The notes beneath the pieces are model-generated. The model had not been told where the DNA came from and searched no databases. It saw only the letters and a program-made list of their open reading frames with translations. Below are positions 56,626 to 64,000 of a stretch of DNA of 64,000 nt, piece by piece; positions within the stretch are counted from its first letter, which is position 1; each line of letters opens with the position of its first letter. The stretch comes from Armatimonadota bacterium (GTDB lineage Bacteria; Armatimonadota; SYMT01). Location: NCBI GenBank assembly GCA_041690135.1, contig JAWLHY010000002.1:1-64000 (forward strand), read 5' to 3'. Both the position numbers and the translations under genes were made by a program.

Positions 56626-58077
56626 TTAGCCGAAGATTCCGGTCACGGGTCGTCCGTCATCAATCAGGGGCGTAGGCCGGCCCTCGGAATCTTCCAGCAT
56701 CATCTCGGGATCGAGACCCTGCGCCCAGTAAAGGGTGGCGGCCAGGTCCTCGGGCCGCACCGGGTTTTCATCCGGGAAGGCGGCCTCCGCGTCAGAGCTT
56801 CCGTAGCAGATGCCGCCGCGGACTCCGGCCCCCGCAATGAGCGCTGGGAAGAGGGTGCTCCAGTGGTCGCGCCCCCAGCGGGCGTTCGCCTTGGGGGTGC
56901 GGCCCATCTCACCCAGCATCACCACCAGAGTGTCATGCAGCATGCCCCGATCGTGGAGATCCTCCAGCAGCGCCGCGGCGGCTTGGTCGGTGGTGGGGAG
57001 CAGGTGGTTCTTCACGTCGTCGCTGTGCACGTGGGAGTCCCAGCCGTACCCGTCGATCGTCTCGTAGTGGACCGTCACGAACCGTACGCCGGCCTCCACC
57101 AGGCGCCGAGCCAGCAGGCAGGACTGGCCGAACAGGTGCCGTCCGTACCGGTCCCGGACCTTGGCCGGTTCGGACTGAAGATCCAGCGCCTTCCGCGCCC
57201 GGTCCGAGCTGATCAGGCCCAGCGCGCGCTGTTGGAAACGGTCGTAGCTGGCGAACTGGGCGTCCCCATCCAGCCGGTCCAGGCGCGCTTCGAACTGCTG
57301 AAGCAGCGTGCGCCGCTTCGAGAGCCGGTCGATCTGAACCTCCTTCGGCGAGGAGAGCCCCTGGAGTTGGAAGGTCAACTCCGCGTCCGTGCAGTCCCGC
57401 CAGTAGGGGTTGTCCGTCAGGTTGCGTTTGTCGACCGTGGTGGTCAGTGGGTTATAGGCCTGCCCCAACCAGCCCGCGTACTCCCCAGGGCGCAGGTACT
57501 GGCCCATCTGCTCCAGCCGGCCGAGCCGGTTGGGCAGCACGGCATAGGCAGGAAGGTCGCGCTGCAGGCCGCACGGCTCATGCTGGGCGGTGTACTCCAC
57601 CACGGAGCCGACAGAGGGCCAGTCTTTCGAAGTGGCGTTGAACCCGCCGCCGATGGGAATGTGCCAGCGCTTCCCGGTCTGGATGTAATGTCCGCCGCCG
57701 CTGTGATCGTTGAAATCGTGCGTCATCGTGCGGATGACGCAGTAACGGTGGGAAATCTGGGCGAGACGGGGGAGCGCTTCCGAGATCAGGAGGCCGTCGG
57801 TCCGGCTGGGGATCGGCTTGAGGGGGCCCCGCACCTGGGTCGGCGCCTCGGGCTTCAGGTCGAAGGTCTCGAGCTGACTCGGCCCACCGAAGAGAAAGAG
57901 GAAGATCACCGACTTCGCCCGCCCTGGTCGCCGGGCAGGTGCGTTACCCCGTGCCTCTTCCGCCGCCAGAACCCTCGGCAGCGAGAGGCCCAGCAAGCCG
58001 GCGCCGCCGGCCTGAAGTAACTGCCGCCGCGACATCCCGTCGCAGACCCGAGTTCCACGTGTGGTGATCGAGAGCAT
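56626..58077 (-). CDS. DUF1501 domain protein
   Basis: SRRQLLQ, GGPSQLETFDLKP, LLARRLVEAGVRFV, GEMGRTP, GRDHW. Confidence 0.93.
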   Translation of the reverse strand: MLSITTRGTRVCDGMSRRQLLQAGGAGLLGLSLPRVLAAEEARGNAPARRPGRAKSVIFLFLFGGPSQLETFDLKPEAPTQVRGPLKPIPSRTDGLLISEALPRLAQISHRYCVIRTMTHDFNDHSGGGHYIQTGKRWHIPIGGGFNATSKDWPSVGSVVEYTAQHEPCGLQRDLPAYAVLPNRLGRLEQMGQYLRPGEYAGWLGQAYNPLTTTVDKRNLTDNPYWRDCTDAELTFQLQGLSSPKEVQIDRLSKRRTLLQQFEARLDRLDGDAQFASYDRFQQRALGLISSDRARKALDLQSEPAKVRDRYGRHLFGQSCLLARRLVEAGVRFVTVHYETIDGYGWDSHVHSDDVKNHLLPTTDQAAAALLEDLHDRGMLHDTLVVMLGEMGRTPKANARWGRDHWSTLFPALIAGAGVRGGICYGSSDAEAAFPDENPVRPEDLAATLYWAQGLDPEMMLEDSEGRPTPLIDDGRPVTGIFG

Positions 58078-58415
58078 GGGCTCTCCCTCCCTCATGGCCG
58101 GAGAATCGTCCGGTCCTCTTCCAGTGGTTTGAGAGTGAGGATGCGCACGTAGGTTTCGACGTTCCGTTCGTTTCCTGCAGCAAGTTTCGGCGCTTGATGA
58201 TCCGGCGTAGCATCTTCACCGCGACAGGTCGGTAGCTTTCGCCGAGGGCTTCCTCTTTAACAAGGGGAGACGTCCGGAGCTTATTCCGGCGACGGGGGCA
58301 CATGGGACCCCTGAAACAGCAAAAGCGCAATGATTTCCGTGCCTACGGAAACGAAACTCGGGAGCGGTTCGGGTGTCTCCTCCTTCAGATAGCATTTTGC
58401 GCGAGAGAGGCCCTG

Positions 58416-59744
58416 ATGAAGATCGAGTTTGGCGGACAGAACACGAACTGTGCCGGAACGTCGCGCCGGAACTTCCTCAAGATCGGAACGTTGGCGGCGC
58501 TGGGCGTGTCCCTACCGGACCTCATCCGGCAGCGCGAGGCCGCAGCCGCGGCCGGCAAGAAACCGGCCAACATGATCTTTCTCTGGCTGGACGGCGGCCC
58601 CTCGCACATGGAGACCTTCGACCTGAAGCCCGAGGCGCCGGCCGAGGTGCGGGGCGAGTTCAAGCCGATCGAGACGAACGTCTCCGGCATCCGGATTTGC
58701 GAGCACATGCCGAAGACGGCGCAGGCGATGGATCTCTTCACCATCCTCCGCTCCGTGACGCATAACGATTCCAATCACGGCGCGGGCAACCACCTGATGA
58801 CCACTGGCATGTCCACCCCCGTGCCGGTGGGCTGCGGCAACTCGGTGAGCTACCACCCCTCCATGGGCTCGTTCACCGCGCACGAGCGACAGGCACCCCA
58901 CGGACTGCCGGGTTACATCACGCTGGGCCGCCCGATGCGCTCCGGTGGTCCCAACTTCCTGGGCGCCGCCTATTCGCCGCTGGTGGTCCCGGGCGACCCG
59001 AACAGCGATGCCTTCCAGGTGAAGGACGTGACGCTGCCCAAGGGTGTGGACGACGTGCGCCTCGATGCCCGGCGCCGCCTGATGTCGCAGCTCGATCGGC
59101 TGCAGCGCGTGGCCGAGTCGCCGAGCGACCCTATCCGGTCGATGGATAGCTACGCCGAGAAGGCGTACGACCTCGTCACCTCCCCGCAGGCGCGGGCGGC
59201 CTTCGATATCAAGAAGGAAGACCCCAAGCTCCGTGAACAGTACGGCCGGAACAACATTGGCCAGCAGTTCCTCCTGGCGCGGCGGCTGGTGGAAGCCGGC
59301 GTGCCGTGGGTCAGCGTCCACTGGGGCGGGTGGGACCACCACTTCAACCTCTTCAACGACATGAAACGGATGCTCCCCATCCTCGATCCCGCCTTCTCCA
59401 CGCTCCTGCGGGACCTGAAGGACCGCGGGCTGCTCGATTCCACCCTCGTGGTGCTGCTGGGCGAGTTCGGCCGCACGCCGAAGATCAACGCGGGGCCCGG
59501 TCGCGACCACTGGGGACCCGGCATGGCGGTGGCGATCGCCGGTGCAGGCGTTCCCGGCGGGCAGGTGATCGGCTCTACCACTCCCGACGGCGGCTACGCG
59601 GACGAGCGCCCGCTTTCCCCGCAGGATCTCTCCTGCACGATCTTCCACAAGCTGGGCGTGGACTACCGCAAGGAGTACCACAACGAAGTCGGCCGCCCTA
59701 CCGCGATGGTCCGCGGCGGCGAGCCGATCCGCGAGATCGTCTGA
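58416..59744 (+). CDS. DUF1501 domain protein
   Basis: SRRNFLK, GGPSHMETFDLKP, WDHH, GEFGRTP, GRDHW. Confidence 0.93.
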   Translation: MKIEFGGQNTNCAGTSRRNFLKIGTLAALGVSLPDLIRQREAAAAAGKKPANMIFLWLDGGPSHMETFDLKPEAPAEVRGEFKPIETNVSGIRICEHMPKTAQAMDLFTILRSVTHNDSNHGAGNHLMTTGMSTPVPVGCGNSVSYHPSMGSFTAHERQAPHGLPGYITLGRPMRSGGPNFLGAAYSPLVVPGDPNSDAFQVKDVTLPKGVDDVRLDARRRLMSQLDRLQRVAESPSDPIRSMDSYAEKAYDLVTSPQARAAFDIKKEDPKLREQYGRNNIGQQFLLARRLVEAGVPWVSVHWGGWDHHFNLFNDMKRMLPILDPAFSTLLRDLKDRGLLDSTLVVLLGEFGRTPKINAGPGRDHWGPGMAVAIAGAGVPGGQVIGSTTPDGGYADERPLSPQDLSCTIFHKLGVDYRKEYHNEVGRPTAMVRGGEPIREIV

Positions 59745-59760
59745 CCAGGAACGGCGTAAT

Positions 59761-59973
59761 CACCGCAGAGACGCAAAGAACCGCAAAGGGCCGCAAAGAG
59801 AGTGGAAGTAGGGCGGGATGAATGTGTATGGTCAAGAATTGATCTGTCCGAATGGCTACTGCAAGTTCTACGGACATATCCGCAGTATGACCCCATTTCT
59901 CTTTCGCTCTTTTCTCTCCGTGGTATTCTCCGTGTCTCGGGTACCTACGCTAGTGGGTGATCTCCGTGGTAAA
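59761..59973. repeat. Inverted short-period repeat arms (CGCAAAG / CTCCGTG family)
   Basis: CACCGCAGAGACGCAAAGAACCGCAAAG... and CTCTCCGTGGTATTCTCCGTGTCTC[insert]CTCCGTGGT. Confidence 0.55.
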
Positions 59974-59982
59974 GAGGCCGCC

Positions 59983-61608
59983 ATGCTGGCGGTGTTGTTG
60001 GTACCGAGTGTGGCGCACGCGCAGGGGAGTTTGAGCCGCGTATCGCCGAACGGTGGGCGGGCTGGGTCGCAGATCACGCTTAACTTCGGGGGAGACCAGA
60101 TTCCCGAGACGGCAACCCTCGTGGTTCACGGCGACGGTATTCGTCCACTCGGTCCGTTCCAAAAAGGCGTCGGCAAGATCGAGATCGCGGCGGACGCCAA
60201 ACCGGGCATGCGCGAGCTGCGGCTCGTCGGACCTAAAGGCGCCACCAGCCCGCGTCCGTTCGCGATCGGCACGCTGCCGGAATTGGATGAGAAGGAGCCC
60301 AACAACCGCCTCGACCAGGCGCAGAAGCTCGATTCCTTCCCGGTCACGCTGAACGGCACCCTCCCGACCCGGCCCGACATCGACGTCTTCCAGATCGCGC
60401 TCAAGAAGGGCGAGTGCCTGGTGGTGGCCGGCGAGTCCCGCGGGCTAGGGGCTCCCACCAACCTGCTGGTGCGGGTCCGGGATGCCCAGGCGCGCGAGTT
60501 GCTGATTCAGATGGATCACCGCACCCGCGATCCGCTGGTCGGGTTCACGGCGCCCGCGGACGGCACATACTTCCTGGAGCTCCAGGAAGTGATGAACAAC
60601 TACAGCGGCATCAACGCCGACTACGTTTATCGTGTGACGGTCACCAAGGGCCCCTGGGTCGATTACACGTTTCCACCGAGCGTGCAGCGCGGCGCGCCGG
60701 CGCGGGTCACCGCCGTCGGCTGGAACCTGGGGGGCAAAAGCGGCCCCTCGCAGGTGGAGGTCGAAGCGACCGTCCCCACGGATGCCGGGGTAACGTACCC
60801 GCTCGCCGTGCCCGGAGTACCCTATCCGATACCGGTGGCGGTCGGTCCCGCTCCGCATTCGCTGGAGAAGGAGCCCGAGGACCCCGCCCTGGCGGTGCCC
60901 GTGCCGGTTCCCGGAACCGTGTCTGGAGCCTTCGGTGCACCAGGAGACGTGGACCGCTTCCTGTTCAGCGCCAAAGCCAAAGACGTGCTGGAACTGGATG
61001 TCGATGCCCGTGAGCTGACCTCGTTTGCGGACCCGGTGATGGTGGTCCTCGATGCTTCCGGAAAGACCATCGCCACCGCCGACGACGCGGACGGCACCCG
61101 CGATCCGCGCCTGCTCTGGACCGCTCCCGCGGACGGCAACTACACCGTGGTGCTGCGCGACGTGGCCTCCGGATCGCGAGGGGGACCGGACTTCTTCTAC
61201 CGCCTCACGGTGGCCAAACCGGAGCCGTCACTCCAGGTGACTACCAAGGACCCAACGCTCGTACTGAAACCCGGCGCCAAGCTGGAGGTCGAGCTTAGCA
61301 TCACCCAGGCCTATCAGCCGGGAGAGATCGCCTTCCAGGTGGAAGGTCTCCCGGCGGGCGTGACCGCGACCGTCCCCGAGGTAGCCGGATCCGCCCGTAA
61401 GGCGGGCAAGGCCACCGCGAAGCTGACGCTCACCGCGGCGGCCGACGCCAAGCCCGGTCATGCCCTGATCCGGGTGACCGCAACCCCGGCCGGCCAGCCC
61501 GCGCTCAACACCTCCGTCACCGCCGGATGGGACCTCTCCAAGGACCGCAGCGGCGTGCTCGTCACCGGCAAGACGGACGGTCTGCTACTGCTGATCCCCG
61601 CTCCGTAG
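59983..61608 (+). CDS. PPC (pre-peptidase C-terminal) domain secreted protein
   Basis: EKEPNN, DVDRF, DP.L.(F/W)TAPADG.Y repeated; start may be 59887. Confidence 0.85.
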   Translation: MLAVLLVPSVAHAQGSLSRVSPNGGRAGSQITLNFGGDQIPETATLVVHGDGIRPLGPFQKGVGKIEIAADAKPGMRELRLVGPKGATSPRPFAIGTLPELDEKEPNNRLDQAQKLDSFPVTLNGTLPTRPDIDVFQIALKKGECLVVAGESRGLGAPTNLLVRVRDAQARELLIQMDHRTRDPLVGFTAPADGTYFLELQEVMNNYSGINADYVYRVTVTKGPWVDYTFPPSVQRGAPARVTAVGWNLGGKSGPSQVEVEATVPTDAGVTYPLAVPGVPYPIPVAVGPAPHSLEKEPEDPALAVPVPVPGTVSGAFGAPGDVDRFLFSAKAKDVLELDVDARELTSFADPVMVVLDASGKTIATADDADGTRDPRLLWTAPADGNYTVVLRDVASGSRGGPDFFYRLTVAKPEPSLQVTTKDPTLVLKPGAKLEVELSITQAYQPGEIAFQVEGLPAGVTATVPEVAGSARKAGKATAKLTLTAAADAKPGHALIRVTATPAGQPALNTSVTAGWDLSKDRSGVLVTGKTDGLLLLIPAP

Positions 61609-61742
61609 GGAATGCGTTCTTCTGTGTCGGCGCACCTGCAGGTTCCGTTGAACCCGCAATGGCAAAGGACCGCCGCAGGTCCGACTTGTCACGTCCGGCC
61701 TTATTTACCTTATGGTGAGGGAGTTGCGGCGGAGGCCGATCT

Positions 61743-62018
61743 ATGGAGGATCAGCAGAAGCTACTGCGTGAGCGGCAAGAACTTGAGACGCTTCAGTCAG
61801 GCGAAGCTCTTGAGTTAGACCGCTCGAGCCAGAAGGCAGAGGATCGAGAGGCGAACTACCTGGCCTCGGCAACACGGCGGCTTCGCACCGAGCGTGAACA
61901 CCTGGAGTTCACGAATGGTGATTTGCGGGCATTGGCTGCGCGCAAAGAAGAATTGGCTGAGCGGCTCGAACAGGTAATCCGGGAAACCAGGACGGAACGA
62001 GACGCCCCAGCACGTTAA
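61743..62018 (+). CDS. Small coiled-coil hypothetical protein, possibly truncated
   Basis: SD GGAGG; heptad-rich sequence. Confidence 0.45.
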   Translation: MEDQQKLLRERQELETLQSGEALELDRSSQKAEDREANYLASATRRLRTEREHLEFTNGDLRALAARKEELAERLEQVIRETRTERDAPAR

Positions 62019-62446
62019 CGGGGCATTTGCCTCACAGGCTCCCATTTGCCCTCAAGGCGGGGAGTCTCACACGGCAGAACGGGTGCCAGCCCAAGACTTA
62101 CCGTAGTGCATTCCGGGTGCGGGGGCACGATCCTGGTCGGGGACGGCCCTATGCTCCGCCGGGTGTACGACCGCGACCCTACCGTCTGCACTGCGGCTAC
62201 CGACTTACAATCCGGGTGCGGATGCATGAGTCCTGTTTTGGGGACAGCCCCTGCTTTGCCGCGCGTACGACCCAACCTTACCCCCACAACTCCGGGCCGA
62301 GAGCGGCGTCTCCTGCAACTCGAACAGCAGGAAACCCGCGACCTACTCGCCCGTCTCGAAGTGCTTGAGCGCCGCATCGAAGCCCTCACAGACCAACTTG
62401 AGGATCTCCGCGGAGGCGAGGAGTAGGCCGCATTGGCTCTCGCAGG

Positions 62447-63472
62447 TTACTCTTTCGGATAACCTTTACGCTCAATGACGTGCGCCAGGGTGCCATCGTA
62501 CCCCAGGGCCATCATGCCGGAGCGCGCCACGGCTACGGCCTTCTCCGGCTGCTTCCATTCCTGGTAGGTAAGGGCCAGCCACCGATAGGCATCCGCCCGC
62601 AGGTCCTCTTCCACGGGGAGGCGGGCACGATGGCGCGGGATAAGCTGAAGCGCGCGGACCAGGTGCTCCGCGGCGGCGGGATAGTCTCGCTTGTAGACCA
62701 GGTAGAAGTGCCCCAACTCCGTCTGAATCTCGAACGAATCGGGGTTGAACCGCTCCCCCTCGTGCAGGAACCGAAGACCGTCATCCGCATACTTCCCACC
62801 GCGGCTCATGAAGGAGGCACCCACCACGAACGCCTGCACGTGGTGCGGGTCGAGCCAGGTAATCAGACGGTAGAAGGCCAGGGTCTGATCCGAGTCTTTG
62901 CTGTACAGTGTGCCGTCCCGCGAGAGGTACGGCTTGACGTTCCGCTCCAGGTCGCCGATGGGGCCGCGGAAGTCTTCTTTGGCCGGCGGAATTACCAGTA
63001 CGTAGGCGCCCTGGTGGCCGTGGTCCGCGTGCTCATCCTGGCTCGCCGTGCCCTGGTCGTGGCCGGCATGGTCGTCGTGGCCCTCATGGCCGTGGCCGGC
63101 ATGCTCGCCAGCGTTGGATTGCGCCCCCGCACCGCCGGCAGCCTGGCCGCTGTTTTCGTGACGGTGCACTTCGCCGGACCGGGAAAGCTCCTCCCCAGGT
63201 AGGGCCTCGCGTTCCTCCACGCCGGCATGCAGCACCGCGTGGGTCTTCAGCCAGAGCATCTGGCCCAGCAGCCGACGGGCTTCCCAGCCGGCCCCATCCA
63301 ACTCCGCCTCCACGGCGCTAGCCGCGGCCGGTCGGACCGCACTTTGGAGCGGCTCGGCACTCCAGCCCAGGGCGCACAACCCAAGCAGACAGATCGCCAG
63401 CCGGGCGTGGTCCGCCAGCCGAGACCGCGAGGAGCGGACCGTCTTCTCCGTGTTCGGAAGGATGTTTTGCAT
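62447..63472 (-). CDS. TPR-containing protein with His-rich linker
   Basis: N-terminal TM/signal; HAGHGHEGHDDHAGHD; TPR helices; start MQNILP. Confidence 0.75.
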   Translation of the reverse strand: MQNILPNTEKTVRSSRSRLADHARLAICLLGLCALGWSAEPLQSAVRPAAASAVEAELDGAGWEARRLLGQMLWLKTHAVLHAGVEEREALPGEELSRSGEVHRHENSGQAAGGAGAQSNAGEHAGHGHEGHDDHAGHDQGTASQDEHADHGHQGAYVLVIPPAKEDFRGPIGDLERNVKPYLSRDGTLYSKDSDQTLAFYRLITWLDPHHVQAFVVGASFMSRGGKYADDGLRFLHEGERFNPDSFEIQTELGHFYLVYKRDYPAAAEHLVRALQLIPRHRARLPVEEDLRADAYRWLALTYQEWKQPEKAVAVARSGMMALGYDGTLAHVIERKGYPKE

Positions 63473-63483
63473 CTCCGTCCTCC

Positions 63484-64000
63484 TCACACGGCCATCCGCC
63501 GGAACCGGATCTCGCCCAGCCCGAGAAAGACGGTCACGTAGGCCAGCGCGTAGAGGCTCAGCACGCCGACTACCCACGCATCCACCGGCGGATAGTTGTA
63601 GGCCGCCTTCTGCGAGAGGTCGAAGAGATCCAGGTGCGGCAGGACGAAGTAGAGAAGCTTCAGCGGAGCCTGCGCCAGCGCATCGGAACCGCGGATCGTC
63701 TGCGCCAGGGTACGGGCGAACATGCTGCCGAACAGCGTGAGCAGCCCGGAGAGCACCACCGTTGCCGGCCCGGAAAGGACCAGCGACAGGGCCATGGTCA
63801 TCGCCGCGATGGGCCCGAAGGAGAGGGCGCGCAATAGGAGATACTGCCAAAAGATCGGTCCGATGGCCGCTTTGAACAGCAAGAGCGCCAGCCAGCCGGT
63901 TCCGGCCAGCACGAGCAATGCCCCCGACGAGAGCAGCCACACGGCCAGGAACTTGCCGAGCAGCACGTCGAACCGGCGCACCGGCCGGGCCAGCAACGGA
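63484..64000 (-). CDS. ABC-2 type transporter permease (5' end outside window)
   Basis: LARPVRRFDVLLGKFL motif; LPHLDLFD; F.R C-terminus. Confidence 0.85.
   Translation of the reverse strand, partial: PLLARPVRRFDVLLGKFLAVWLLSSGALLVLAGTGWLALLLFKAAIGPIFWQYLLLRALSFGPIAAMTMALSLVLSGPATVVLSGLLTLFGSMFARTLAQTIRGSDALAQAPLKLLYFVLPHLDLFDLSQKAAYNYPPVDAWVVGVLSLYALAYVTVFLGLGEIRFRRMAV

Noticed and set aside
58150-58180. SigH-type promoter (GCAGGA...GTCGAA) before the minus-strand DUF1501 gene
   Set aside because: The spacer is shorter than the Bacillus consensus and the -10 is imperfect.

Overview
High-GC bacterial chromosome segment. The mix of DUF1501, planctomycete-type cytochrome c, PPC-domain and HEAT-repeat genes with a Terrabacteria-type SigH and an rplK-rplA L1 leader suggests Armatimonadota (inference only). 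It carries a fragmented translation gene cluster. The first part is sigH, tRNA-Thr(TGT), tRNA-Tyr, tRNA-Thr(GGT), rpmG and tRNA-Trp, with no tuf or tRNA-Gly. About 11.9 kb of unrelated genes follow, then secE-nusG-rplK-rplA with its own promoter and no rplJL. The rest holds a BlaI/BlaR1-like pair, putative general-stress genes (KGG, pentapeptide, HEAT, ferritin-like), transporters, secreted hydrolases, a two-component system with an ECF sigma, a ParDE toxin-antitoxin pair, and a Y1 HUH transposase flanked by a dispersed double-hairpin repeat. The top finding is the secreted protein called at 6492..7721 (-). It stops at a TGA in the middle of an Ig/MG2-like domain, the frame continues 43 codons (U-G-R-F-C), and a SECIS-like hairpin follows the TGA directly, making it a candidate unannotated exported selenoprotein. 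Other leads are a stand-alone primase-large-subunit-CTD-like protein, a ferritin-like protein with a degenerate ferroxidase centre, an SD-sequestering hairpin before a small Cys-rich protein, and several short-period repeat elements. All assignments are by eye; no searches or folding were run.
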